This document shows positions 20,560 to 30,377 of a stretch of DNA of 64,000 nt, piece after piece. Origin of the DNA: a virus (lineage: Duplodnaviria > Caudoviricetes); the IMG/VR virus record IMGVR_UViG_3300027707_000013, positions 6,610 through 70,609 of that record; one strand, 5' to 3'. The position numbers and the translations under genes are program-made. Position 1 is the first letter of the stretch. Every line of letters begins with the position of its first letter. Under the pieces are notes generated by a model. The model worked only from the letters and a program-made list of their open reading frames with translations. It was not told the DNA's origin and searched no databases.

Positions 20560-20591
20560 TAACAATATATTTATAAATAAAATACATTCAC

Positions 20592-21476
20592 ATGGTACAA
20601 CCAAAATATAGCCCAGAAGAGGCTTTACAGAGAATAAAATTGATGATGGAGTATGATACTTCAAAAACGTTAAACGAAAACGTTGAAACAATTAAACAAC
20701 CGATAAATGAGATTGCACCGCTTTTAGGGTTAATACCTATGGCATTACCTTGGTTAATTGGATATGGAACTGCCGCAGCGGCGGGTATTGGGACTTGGAT
20801 ATATAATGTCCAAGGAGGAGGAGATGCTTTTAGTAAAACCCAAACATTTTTACAAGGATGTTCTTCACTTGATAAAAACTTAAAACCAACTCAAAGTAAA
20901 GGAGACCACAGAGAGGCTGCGGATTCAATATACAACGCTATTCAAGGAATAGGTACTGATGAGGATGCAATTAAAGGAGCTATATCATCGATGGAAACTG
21001 TTGCCGACCTTTGTGCAATGGCGAAATACTACAATAAAGTTTATGGTGATTTATATGATGACTTAGATAGCGACCTTGACGGTGAAAGTTTTAGACAATA
21101 CGTTTGGTCAGCAATTGCACCTATAGTTGACGACGCTGAAGAAAATTTAGAACAAGCTAAAAAAGAAGAGGGTGGAAAAACTGGCGGTGGAAAAACTGGC
21201 GGTGGAAAAACTGGCGGTGGAACGGGTGGATATAAATCTTGTTCAGGAACTTATGAAAAAGGATGTAAGTCTGATACAATTGCTAAAGTACAAGGATGTT
21301 TAGGGTTAGTTGCCGATGGTAAATTTGGTCCAAAAACTTTAGCCGCTTTAAGTGGTAAAGGGTTTTCGAAATTTACAGACGCTGACGTAACTAAAATATG
21401 TGAAAAAACAACAACTGTTGTTGAACCTGAGGTTTCAGGGGAAGTACAATCTATAAGCGGAAACTCTGATTTCTAA
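20592..21476 (+). CDS. annexin-repeat plus peptidoglycan-binding domain protein with hydrophobic segment
   Basis: AIQGIGTDEDAI..YGDLYDDLDSDLDG (GxGT-38-D); GGKTG x3 linker; VQGCLGLVADGKFGPKTLAAL. Confidence 0.7.
   Translation: MVQPKYSPEEALQRIKLMMEYDTSKTLNENVETIKQPINEIAPLLGLIPMALPWLIGYGTAAAAGIGTWIYNVQGGGDAFSKTQTFLQGCSSLDKNLKPTQSKGDHREAADSIYNAIQGIGTDEDAIKGAISSMETVADLCAMAKYYNKVYGDLYDDLDSDLDGESFRQYVWSAIAPIVDDAEENLEQAKKEEGGKTGGGKTGGGKTGGGTGGYKSCSGTYEKGCKSDTIAKVQGCLGLVADGKFGPKTLAALSGKGFSKFTDADVTKICEKTTTVVEPEVSGEVQSISGNSDF
21171..21215 (+). repeat. 15-bp tandem repeat, three copies (GGTGGAAAAACTGGC)
   Basis: Exact repeats encoding the GGKTG linker. Confidence 0.9.
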
Positions 21477-21491
21477 ATTTTAAAAAAGAAT

Positions 21492-22487
21492 ATGAAAATG
21501 TATAATGTCACTCAAATAGATAGAGAATCAATATTGGAAATGCATTCCAATATGAAAAAACCTTTAATTTCAGAACAAGTTGTTGATGATTTAAAAAGTA
21601 GACTAAATAAAATATTAGCTGACGGATGTGTAAAAAACGGTAAAATTGTGTCAATGCAAACCAAGAATCCTGAATTACAATTTGCCATTAAACAAGAAAG
21701 TACTAAAACGCCAGGAAAATTTAGATATTTCTTTGCTGACGGTAGAGCAGGTATTTTTGACTCTAGTAACAAATTCCAATTCCTTCCAGGTAAATTGGAT
21801 TGTTCGGGAGTTCAACAAGCGGCAGCGGCAGCTGCATTATCCGCAACAACAGCGGCAAACAATGCTGACACTGCTTTAGTACAACAAGAAGGTGGATGGC
21901 AAGAAGCTAAAGACATTAAAACAACTCGTGAGAACTTGGAGAACCCACAAATGTTCGAAAAGAAAGTTGTTAATGGTGTGACACTATACAGAAGTGTTAT
22001 TAGTAAAGGAGTTACAGGAGGATTAACACCTGAACAAATTAAAGTTGTTAAAAAATATACTGACTTAGGTGGTAAATTAAGAAAAGACTTAGATGCCGAA
22101 GAAGCTCAAACTTGGAGTTCTAAAGTTGTTTATCCTGCAGGAACATTGTTCGCTGAAGATTTGGTTATGTTTTTCCCACCAAAAAATGTAGTGGGTGCTG
22201 ACGGAGGTAATATTGAACAACAATTTACTAAAGCAATTTCTAACCAGACTCCAACAAGTAAAAGAGACTGTAAAGATACTATCGAAGCCTATTACGAAGC
22301 ATGGAGAACCAAAAAACGTATTGAACCAAACACTTTATTACCAATGAAAGAAAAAGTTCAGGCATGTGCTAACGAATTCCAAGGTAAATGGGGTGGTGTT
22401 TTAAGTAGAATTGACAACTATGTTGACATTCTTAGAGGAGACAAAGAAGGTGGTCCATTATCGGATTCTAAATGGAGAATAGAGTAA
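21492..22487 (+). CDS. hypothetical, probable head-targeted protein
   Basis: ESILEMH..KPLISEQ N-terminus. Confidence 0.6.
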   Translation: MKMYNVTQIDRESILEMHSNMKKPLISEQVVDDLKSRLNKILADGCVKNGKIVSMQTKNPELQFAIKQESTKTPGKFRYFFADGRAGIFDSSNKFQFLPGKLDCSGVQQAAAAAALSATTAANNADTALVQQEGGWQEAKDIKTTRENLENPQMFEKKVVNGVTLYRSVISKGVTGGLTPEQIKVVKKYTDLGGKLRKDLDAEEAQTWSSKVVYPAGTLFAEDLVMFFPPKNVVGADGGNIEQQFTKAISNQTPTSKRDCKDTIEAYYEAWRTKKRIEPNTLLPMKEKVQACANEFQGKWGGVLSRIDNYVDILRGDKEGGPLSDSKWRIE

Positions 22488-22498
22488 AAAAAACAACG

Positions 22499-23209
22499 AT
22501 GTTAAAAAATAAAATCAAAAGGTCTATTATAGAGACTAAAGAAAGAAAAGAGAAACTTTTAATTGAACAAAAATTAGTTGAAAGTAGAATCATGATGATT
22601 GTTGAATCTGAAAGTAATACAAAAAACTTTCACAGATTATCTGAAGAGAAACAACAAAAAATCATGTACTCTCTTTTGGCCGAGATTAATTACCTTGATG
22701 AACAAGGTATGATAAATGAACAACTATGGGATTTTTTAGGTAAAATCTTTGGTAATTCATTTGGAGGAGCTGTTGAAACTATAGTTGAACCTTTGGTTAA
22801 TTCACTTTTAAGTTCACTTGGACTTGGAGGGTATTTCAAAAATTTCTTAGTTTCATTTATTACAACAAACCCATTAGAATTAGCTAAAGCTCTTAAGAGT
22901 TGTGAAGCGTTAACAACCTTAATTGCCAACTCACTTTCAGAAGCCGTATTTATGATGATTCAAAAAGACAAAGGTCTTTCAGGTGATGGATATACGTTTA
23001 TAAGAAACGCCTTAGGTGGTGTCGTTAAAGATACTAAATTTGTAAATAGTTTAGAGAAACAACTTAGTGGTATTGTTTGTGAACTATTTGGAAAAATGAA
23101 TGATAAAGCATCTGGAGTATATGACAAATTAAAAACAGGTATGGCAGACAGTGGAGGTTTAGGAGGTTTACTTGATAAAGGTAAAACAGCTCTTGCCTCG
23201 GCAGTCTAA
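22499..23209 (+). CDS. hypothetical, probable head-targeted protein
   Basis: LLIEQKLVES and INEQ; start taken at ATG 22499. Confidence 0.6.
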   Translation: MLKNKIKRSIIETKERKEKLLIEQKLVESRIMMIVESESNTKNFHRLSEEKQQKIMYSLLAEINYLDEQGMINEQLWDFLGKIFGNSFGGAVETIVEPLVNSLLSSLGLGGYFKNFLVSFITTNPLELAKALKSCEALTTLIANSLSEAVFMMIQKDKGLSGDGYTFIRNALGGVVKDTKFVNSLEKQLSGIVCELFGKMNDKASGVYDKLKTGMADSGGLGGLLDKGKTALASAV

Positions 23210-23295
23210 TAAGGCAAAATGACGATAAAACGTTATTTTATAAACTGACTAACAAAAACAAAGGGGGGTGTTCTAAAGTCTAAAAAAAAGAAGGG

Positions 23296-23976
23296 TTAAA
23301 CACCCTTCTTTTTTGTTTTTACTATCTCATCGATAATACCGTAGTCTAAAGCCTCTTGACTATCCAACCACAAATCACGGGTTGCGTCAAGTTTAATTTG
23401 TTCCGCAGTCTTACCACAGTATTCTCCTAATAGGTCGAATAAAGTATCGTTAATTTTTTCCCACTCTTTGAAGGAAACTCTCGCATCTTGGATATTACCA
23501 CCAGCACCTCCTGAAGATTGGTGTAACATTGTTCTTGAAAACTTCAACGAACTTCTCTTACCCTTGGTTCCTGCACCCAATAGTATTGAACCCATAGATG
23601 CCGCCATACCAGTGTTGATAGTTCTAATATCACAAGCTATGTAATTCATTACATCAACCATAGACAATCCTGACTTTACACTTCCACCTGGAGAATCGAT
23701 ATGCATCGTAATGTCGGCTTTATCGTTTGAATCCAAGAACATTAACTGAGCCTGAACGATAGTTGACATGTGGTCATTAACAGGACCCGCAACCCATAGA
23801 ATTCTATCTCTCATTAATCTCGAAAAAATGTCAATTTGAGTTGCTCTCAGTTCTCTTTCTTCAAGAATATAAGGAGTCATAGATGACTCAATATGGTTTG
23901 AAAAATTATGTAAATCCAACGAAGGTTTACCTAAATGTTTTACGTAATAATTTTGAAAATCTTGTCCTATATCCAT
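23296..23976 (-). CDS. clpP: ATP-dependent Clp protease proteolytic subunit
   Basis: DIFSRLMRDRI, IDSPGGSV, GMAASMG, MLHQ, RDLWL..EALDYGIID. Confidence 0.95.
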   Translation of the reverse strand: MDIGQDFQNYYVKHLGKPSLDLHNFSNHIESSMTPYILEERELRATQIDIFSRLMRDRILWVAGPVNDHMSTIVQAQLMFLDSNDKADITMHIDSPGGSVKSGLSMVDVMNYIACDIRTINTGMAASMGSILLGAGTKGKRSSLKFSRTMLHQSSGGAGGNIQDARVSFKEWEKINDTLFDLLGEYCGKTAEQIKLDATRDLWLDSQEALDYGIIDEIVKTKKKGV

Positions 23977-24010
23977 ATGTTTTATTTTTTACAAAGATAA
24001 GTAAAAAATA

Positions 24011-24655
24011 TTAAAGTCCCAATATGTCATCAACAATTTCTTGACTACTTAAAGTATTCCATGGTCTTGGGTGTTGATACGACCAAAATGTTTTCCAATA
24101 TCCATACCAAATAACTCCTTCTTTACGAGGGTCAATAGTTCTCCAATCAGTACTTTGTTTTGGAAATCTCCCAATGTTATAAGTTTTATAATAATCAATT
24201 CCTCCTGTTTCATAATAAGTTAGATACTTCTTATTAATTTTATCAAATTGGGAATGTAACACTACCTTACACCCATGAATACGTTGATACTCATCTACTC
24301 TTTGTGACCATAATTTAGCTTCGTTAATGTTATTGGTGACTAAGTTAAATAAGACCATCTTACCGTAATCATTATATCTGTGAGTGAATATTCTTTTCAT
24401 CCCATAGTCAGGAATGTACTTGTGAACAGAAATTTCAAAATCACAGTAAAACTCAATTCCACATTTAAACCTATCTTTCCAATCTATATCCCCTCCATTA
24501 GTTACTTTGTAAGATTCGATACTAACTGATTGGTCTTCACCCTTCTTATATTCACGTAATTCAACGTAATATAACGGGTCAGGACCTGTAATTTTTAGTT
24601 GCGGGTGCGGATTAAAATTCAGTGATAACGTTTCTTGGTTCAGGGTAATATACAT
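24011..24655 (-). CDS. hypothetical protein
   Basis: 214-aa ORF within the operon. Confidence 0.55.
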   Translation of the reverse strand: MYITLNQETLSLNFNPHPQLKITGPDPLYYVELREYKKGEDQSVSIESYKVTNGGDIDWKDRFKCGIEFYCDFEISVHKYIPDYGMKRIFTHRYNDYGKMVLFNLVTNNINEAKLWSQRVDEYQRIHGCKVVLHSQFDKINKKYLTYYETGGIDYYKTYNIGRFPKQSTDWRTIDPRKEGVIWYGYWKTFWSYQHPRPWNTLSSQEIVDDILGL

Positions 24656-26228
24656 AATCTTCTATTATTAGTTTATCTATAACCCCTCTACGTAAAGTAA
24701 TAAACGCTTGTGTAGGGTTTTCAATAATTGGCTCGTTATGACTGTTAAATGACGTATTCAATAAGACAGGAATTCCTGATATTTTATAGTATTCGTTTAA
24801 TATGGTCCAAAACTTTTTGTTTTTAGACTTCACAACTACTTGTGGTCTGGCACTTTTATCTGATTTTTGAATGACAGCAGGTATTTTATTAATCCATTCT
24901 TCTTTGGTGTTATAACATAATGTCATAAACTCTGCGGTATATTTTGATTTTGATGGAGTAAATAACTCATCAAAATGTTCTTCTAATACTATCGGAGCGA
25001 ATGGCATAGTATCATGTCTTTTCAATCTTTCGTTCAATAATTGATGGGTATCTATGTCTGTAGGTCTTACTAATATACTTCTGGCACCTAATGCTCTTGG
25101 GCCATGTTCGGACCCGTTTTGGAACCATCCAACAATTAAACCATTATTAATTTCTTCCGCAATTTTAGAAGGTATGTAAGGCTCCCTAACAAATCTAAAT
25201 CTCTTAGAAGTTTCAAATATGTCATCATTAGAATATCTCATTCCAAAAAACATATTATCAAACTTAAATGGTTTACTTATTTCTCCAAGTTCAACCGATT
25301 TGTATATACAGGAACCCAATGCAAGTCCCTCATCTCCCATAGGAGGATAAACATACATTTCATCTAACCATTCCAACTCATTAATCTTTTGGTTTAATTT
25401 AACATTGGCAAATAACCCGCCAGCAAAACATAAGTTCTTATAGTCGGGGTATAATTTGTGTAAGTCATCCAAAAATTTTAAAAACAAATCTTCGGTTAAT
25501 TTTTGTAAGTTAAATGAAAAAATCTCTCTTTGGTGTGGTGTGTCCAATAGCCCTTTGAGTTTCATCATGTCCACAACAAATTGAGTTTTACTGTTATTAG
25601 ATGATGGATAAAATCTTAAGTTTTCGTAGTTAATACAAGATTTTAGTTCATTGTAAATTCTTTCATTGTAATGACCATTAGCAGCCATACCCATAAGTTT
25701 ACCCTCATCCTTACACATCTTCCAAACTCCTTCGCCAAAAATATTATAACCCATAATTGAAGATGTACTGAATCCCCAAACGTGAGAAAGGCTACCATAT
25801 GAAGACATTGGAAAACTATGTAGGAGGGTCATTTTACCGTCATCACATAGAAATATTTTCATAACACTGGTATCACCTCCACCATCATAAGTGATTGTCA
25901 TGGTTTTACCCTCCATACCACTTGTGTAGTACGCTCCATAGGCGTGTGCGGTGTGATGACTTACAGTTTCGTAATGATTGTTTGTTACTTTTCGGGCAAA
26001 CCCATCAGGGGTTGGTAATGCAAACACATTATAGTCTACGTCCGTCATTTTTAACCCTGTGTATTTTTGAATTGAATCTAAAGATAAATCGGCGTTTACA
26101 TCGTAATTATCTCCAGCCTTTAATCGGGTTATTCGTTCTTCTTCGATTACGGATACCACTTTTCCGTCTACCATTAATGCAACGGTAGCACTGTGGGAAC
26201 CAGTAAAACATCCATAAATTGAACTCAT
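24612..26228 (-). CDS. carbamoyltransferase (NodU/CmcH family), copy 1
   Basis: EEERITRLK, HHTAHA, DGGGD, EGKLMGMA, GGLFANVKLN, GPRALGARS, RPQVV, LLNTSFN. Confidence 0.9.
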   Translation of the reverse strand: MSSIYGCFTGSHSATVALMVDGKVVSVIEEERITRLKAGDNYDVNADLSLDSIQKYTGLKMTDVDYNVFALPTPDGFARKVTNNHYETVSHHTAHAYGAYYTSGMEGKTMTITYDGGGDTSVMKIFLCDDGKMTLLHSFPMSSYGSLSHVWGFSTSSIMGYNIFGEGVWKMCKDEGKLMGMAANGHYNERIYNELKSCINYENLRFYPSSNNSKTQFVVDMMKLKGLLDTPHQREIFSFNLQKLTEDLFLKFLDDLHKLYPDYKNLCFAGGLFANVKLNQKINELEWLDEMYVYPPMGDEGLALGSCIYKSVELGEISKPFKFDNMFFGMRYSNDDIFETSKRFRFVREPYIPSKIAEEINNGLIVGWFQNGSEHGPRALGARSILVRPTDIDTHQLLNERLKRHDTMPFAPIVLEEHFDELFTPSKSKYTAEFMTLCYNTKEEWINKIPAVIQKSDKSARPQVVVKSKNKKFWTILNEYYKISGIPVLLNTSFNSHNEPIIENPTQAFITLRRGVIDKLIIEDYVYYPEPRNVITEF

Positions 26229-26229
26229 A

Positions 26230-27897
26230 TTAACCTCTTGTAATTACAATATTATTAAGTACTAAGATATCAAGATTGCAACTTAGAAAGGTTCCGATTG
26301 CGTCCATTGGGGTTTCAACAATAGGTTCGTGAGGTCCGTTAAAACTAGTGTTTAATAAAACAGGAACTCCTGTTTTTTCGTTAAATTTAGAAATTAACGA
26401 ATAAAATCTTGGATTATTTTCTACCGTAACAGATTGATGTCTTGATGAATTATCAATGTGGGTGATTGCAGGTACTTTATTTCTCCACTCTTCTTTAACG
26501 GTTGTTGTTACCAACATGTATGGGGAATAAACAGAGCTTTCAAACACATCTCCTTGATGTTCAAATAAAACCGCAGGGGCGAAAGGTCTATACCATTCTC
26601 TGCGTTTAATATCACTATTAATATGACCTGTCATCCAAGAGTTAATTGGTGAGGCAATAATTGAACGATTTCCTAACGCTCTTGGGCCAATTTCTGACCC
26701 TCCTTGGAACCATCCAATAACTCTATTTTGACTTAATGAGAAACTTACGTTTTCAATTAAATCATCAAAATTTTCATATTCGGTATAAACTAATGTAGGA
26801 TGTTCGTTAAGTGCTGCAAAAACTTCACCTTTAGAATACTCCCTACCAAAATAAGGACTTAACATTTCTGTTTCCTCAATATCTGTTAGTTTTTGGTATG
26901 CAAACCAAGCACAACCTAATGGTATTCCACTATCATCACTTGGAGGTAAAAAATAACAGTTTTCAAAAAGACCTGAGTTCAAAATTTTCTCATTTGAATT
27001 ACAGTTTAAGAAAGACCCACCAACAACACATATATTTTTAGAATCAGTAAATTTCTTGGTCATATTTGCCAACATTAAAGACGCTCTTTCTTGTTCTCGT
27101 TGGTAAATCCCAGCAACACAAGCTTTTGAATAGAAATCAGATTTCCAAGAAACTTTTGGGTATATGTTATTATTAGAAATGTAAATATCATCTTCCTTTT
27201 CCTCAACAAAAAACGGTGCCTCATTTACAATATCTTCATTAGCATAAGAAGCTAACCCCATTAATTTTCCTGCGGGCCATGTTTGAGTGTTTGGTTCGTA
27301 GATTAATTGAAGAGAGCCTGTTGAGTACATGGTACCCAACGAAACTCCTTCATCTGTGTTAATAGGAACGGGATATTTTATCCATTTTTTATAAAGTTCT
27401 TTATGTTCATTTTTATTAAAATGATATATAGAAATTCCTTCAGCCCAATCAGAATCAGTGTCTAAATTATATTCTTTTGGGTCATACCAAATGTGTGTTT
27501 TATTTTTGAAAGTAACGATACTTCCTGAGGCATCTGCAACAATTACCGCGGCGTCCTCTAACCCTGAGCTAAAGAATGCCGAATATGCGTGTGCCAAATG
27601 ATGAGGAATGAAATTTAATATTTCTACCTTAAGGTCATAATATTTTGAAAAAAATTGAGAACCTACAGTATCTTCAATTTCGGTTGTACTATACACATAG
27701 TAATCAATATCTCTATGTGTAATGCTAAGAGCATTTAAACAATAGTTAATTGATTCAAATGGTATTAGACCACCTTGATATGCCCCATCATGTTTTATTC
27801 GGGTAAGTCTTTCTTGGGTTATACCAACAACAACTTTACCGTTCTCAATGATGACAGCACCTTTGTCGTGTCCAACTGAAAATCCTAATACTCTCAT
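26230..27897 (-). CDS. carbamoyltransferase (NodU/CmcH family), copy 2
   Basis: HHLAHA, GKLMGLASY, PPSDDSG, GPRALGNRS, REWYRPFAP, LLNTSFNGPHEPIV. Confidence 0.9.
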   Translation of the reverse strand: MRVLGFSVGHDKGAVIIENGKVVVGITQERLTRIKHDGAYQGGLIPFESINYCLNALSITHRDIDYYVYSTTEIEDTVGSQFFSKYYDLKVEILNFIPHHLAHAYSAFFSSGLEDAAVIVADASGSIVTFKNKTHIWYDPKEYNLDTDSDWAEGISIYHFNKNEHKELYKKWIKYPVPINTDEGVSLGTMYSTGSLQLIYEPNTQTWPAGKLMGLASYANEDIVNEAPFFVEEKEDDIYISNNNIYPKVSWKSDFYSKACVAGIYQREQERASLMLANMTKKFTDSKNICVVGGSFLNCNSNEKILNSGLFENCYFLPPSDDSGIPLGCAWFAYQKLTDIEETEMLSPYFGREYSKGEVFAALNEHPTLVYTEYENFDDLIENVSFSLSQNRVIGWFQGGSEIGPRALGNRSIIASPINSWMTGHINSDIKRREWYRPFAPAVLFEHQGDVFESSVYSPYMLVTTTVKEEWRNKVPAITHIDNSSRHQSVTVENNPRFYSLISKFNEKTGVPVLLNTSFNGPHEPIVETPMDAIGTFLSCNLDILVLNNIVITRG

Positions 27898-27918
27898 TTA
27901 TATGTTTTTAAAAAAAAA

Positions 27919-28236
27919 TTATGCCTCAGTTTCAGGCTCTGCATTTGGTTCTATAACTTCAGGACCATTATTATTTGAATCCATGTTTACAGCAGTTCCT
28001 TCTTCTAAGTCTTCTTCACATTTATAAATGTGAACTTGGTTATTGTATTCAAATACAATAACTTTTTTAACTTCAGGTCCTAAATTAATATCTCCTACAA
28101 CATCAACAACAATACCTTCACCGTTCTTTAAGATTAAACCTAAAGCTCTCGCGAAGATTAATGATGCGTTAATTAGGTCTTGAGGTTTTTGTCCTTTACC
28201 TTCTTGTTCTGGGTTTGTGTAATTCGCTTCTTGCAT
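27919..28236 (-). CDS. hypothetical protein
   Basis: 105-aa ORF. Confidence 0.55.
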   Translation of the reverse strand: MQEANYTNPEQEGKGQKPQDLINASLIFARALGLILKNGEGIVVDVVGDINLGPEVKKVIVFEYNNQVHIYKCEEDLEEGTAVNMDSNNNGPEVIEPNAEPETEA

Positions 28237-28237
28237 T

Positions 28238-28489
28238 TTACTCTGTTTCGTGATTGTAATACTCTTCGTATTGTTTATTTATTTTTTTATTTGGTTTGAG
28301 AATCTCTTCTCGAGTTAACTCATGTCTAAAGTTTTCAACTTTGATGATAAATAATTCGTCATGTAAACTATCAATCGTATTTGACTGTAATTTAACGGTT
28401 TCAATACTATTACTCCACATTACTGTCGACCATAATAGTGTTAAAACTGATAGAACTATACCTACTTTTAGTTTAATCTCTGTTGTCAT
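28238..28489 (-). CDS. small membrane protein
   Basis: N-terminal hydrophobic helix followed by a coiled region. Confidence 0.5.
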   Translation of the reverse strand: MTTEIKLKVGIVLSVLTLLWSTVMWSNSIETVKLQSNTIDSLHDELFIIKVENFRHELTREEILKPNKKINKQYEEYYNHETE

Positions 28490-28518
28490 AAGTGTACTTT
28501 TAAATTTAGTAAATTTTT

Positions 28519-29007
28519 CTAATAAACAAATGATTTTTGATAATCATTCCAAACCTTTTGAAGGTTTGCGTTATCATTAATCAATGTTGGTACATAAGGT
28601 TTTTGTTTCATAAACATCTTCGCCTCATCAGGTGTTCTATTTCCTTTCCTTAAGTTACATTTAAAACAAGACGTTACAAGGTTAGTCCATTCATTACCTC
28701 CACCTCTTGATTTAGGGGTAACGTGGTCTAACGTCAAATCTTTTTTTGACCCGCAATAAACACATTCGTGATTATCTCTCTTATATATTCTTGTCCTGTT
28801 CGCCCTTAACTTTCTAACCTGATATTTTATGTACTTTAATAATCGGATGATAACTGGGCGTACGTAGACATTGTATCCTGCAACAATAGGATTCTCGTCT
28901 GATTTTATAACTTCAGCCTTCCCTTTGTCCACCAATACAAAACCTCTCCTAACACTTGTTACATTAAGAGGGGTATAGTCGTAATTTAATACTAATACCG
29001 TACTCAT
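28519..29007 (-). CDS. HNH endonuclease
   Basis: RDNHECVYCG..TLDHVTPKSRGG..NLVTSCFKCNLRKG. Confidence 0.9.
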   Translation of the reverse strand: MSTVLVLNYDYTPLNVTSVRRGFVLVDKGKAEVIKSDENPIVAGYNVYVRPVIIRLLKYIKYQVRKLRANRTRIYKRDNHECVYCGSKKDLTLDHVTPKSRGGGNEWTNLVTSCFKCNLRKGNRTPDEAKMFMKQKPYVPTLINDNANLQKVWNDYQKSFVY

Positions 29008-29096
29008 TTTAATCCAATTTTTACAAACATAGTTTAATTAATTAATAAAAACAAAAAAGGGGACGAACTTCGACCCCTTTCTAATATACTAATGAT

Positions 29097-29201
29097 TTAG
29101 CAATATTTTATGGTTCGAGGTTTTCCACATCTCAAAGCTCCCGAGTTCTCATATTTTTGGTTAATTCCCAAAAGACACGTAATAAATTTGTCTATCATCA
29201 T
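29097..29201 (-). CDS. 34-aa small ORF followed by a terminator (possible leader peptide)
   Basis: MMIDKFITCLLGINQKYENSGALRCGKPRTIKYC; TATTTAT upstream; hairpin plus T-run at 29054-29080. Confidence 0.35.
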   Translation of the reverse strand: MMIDKFITCLLGINQKYENSGALRCGKPRTIKYC

Positions 29202-29277
29202 AATAATAAATATCTGTAAAAAGTTTCCAAAATCAAATTATTTCCATATCTTTGTTAAGAATTAAAAATATAAAAAA

Positions 29278-30051
29278 ATGACTATGAAACTAAAACAATT
29301 ATTTATTGCGATTTTCGCAACATCGGTATTATTCGTATCTTGTAGTAAAGATGACGTGTATGAACCAGTTAAACAAACTTCAATTGAATCAACTCAGGGA
29401 CAAGACCTAAGAACAATGTCTACATCACCGACTGTTTCAACGGTTGAACCAAAGGCTTACATTTTTGTTGAAAGTAGAATTAACAAAAGTCCAAGAAAAG
29501 TTGTGGATTATTTAAAAACAACTCAAAGACATTCACAATCAACAGGAACAAGATTTCTTTCTTTTTTTGTGAATGGTATTACAAGTTCTAATTTTAATGA
29601 TTTAATTAATTATTATAATATACCTTTTTGGAAAACTGACGCATCTTTAAAGGTTATCGAAACCGAAGTACCACAAGTAACTGGAGATGTGGATTCTTAT
29701 AATAACCCAAAATTAGCCTATAATTTTACAACTGTTAAAATACCTAAAGGTACGTTCAACGATTGGGGATGGGTTACGGTACTTATACCAACGTCAGCGA
29801 TGAATAATGACACAAAAAGACAAAATCAAATTGGTTATTATGCTAAAAACGGAAACAGAATAACCTCAAGCGGTAATAATACTCAAACAATTATTAACAC
29901 TAATAGACAACTATCGTCTTACGTAATCAATTATACAGGAAATGTAATCCCACAAGGTCAATATCGAGTATACACTACTCATGGCGGATTTGGAATGATG
30001 ATTGGTTTTAACTCAACAAATGACGTTTATTTTAGGGGAGCGTCTAATTAA
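29278..30051 (+). CDS. Bacteroidota-type lipoprotein
   Basis: VLFVSC lipobox; TATCTTTG upstream. Confidence 0.65.
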   Translation: MTMKLKQLFIAIFATSVLFVSCSKDDVYEPVKQTSIESTQGQDLRTMSTSPTVSTVEPKAYIFVESRINKSPRKVVDYLKTTQRHSQSTGTRFLSFFVNGITSSNFNDLINYYNIPFWKTDASLKVIETEVPQVTGDVDSYNNPKLAYNFTTVKIPKGTFNDWGWVTVLIPTSAMNNDTKRQNQIGYYAKNGNRITSSGNNTQTIINTNRQLSSYVINYTGNVIPQGQYRVYTTHGGFGMMIGFNSTNDVYFRGASN

Positions 30052-30107
30052 TTGAGATTTATTTAGAATTTATTTGATTTATAATATATTTATTGTAATA
30101 TTGCACT

Positions 30108-30206
30108 ATGAAAACTATGAACACAAATACAAATTTAGACACACCGACAACTCCTAATGGGGATGCAGGCACTATTTGCGTAAGTTCAGAAGCGAGTGGT
30201 TGGTAA
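30108..30206 (+). CDS. leader peptide 1 of tRNA cluster 1 (T/N/D/P/G/A-rich)
   Basis: MKTMNTNTNLDTPTTPNGDAGTICVSSEASGW*; 18 of codons 3-22 are T, N, D, P, G or A. Confidence 0.8.
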   Translation: MKTMNTNTNLDTPTTPNGDAGTICVSSEASGW

Positions 30207-30227
30207 CAATATTATAGCCAATTATCT

Positions 30228-30258
30228 AAACCCTGAACTAATACTTCAGGGTTTTTTT
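30228..30258 (+). terminator. attenuator terminator 1
   Basis: AAACCCTGAA-CTAATAC-TTCAGGGTTT plus T-run, 5 nt before tRNA-Pro. Confidence 0.85.
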
Positions 30259-30263
30259 ATGTA

Positions 30264-30337
30264 CGGGATGTAGCGTAGTCAGGTATCGCGCCACGTTTGG
30301 GACGTGGAGGCCGTTGGTTCGAATCCAGCTATCCCGA
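30264..30337 (+). tRNA. trnP: tRNA-Pro(TGG)
   Basis: Cloverleaf; anticodon arm CCACG-TTTGGGA-CGTGG. Confidence 0.95.
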
Positions 30338-30377
30338 CAAAAGTTTTCCTTATGGAAAAGTTTGATTATTATTATAT

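Noticed and set aside
28519-29007. HNH gene as an intron-encoded homing element
   Set aside because: It is free-standing, interrupts no gene, and has no group I/II intron structure around it.
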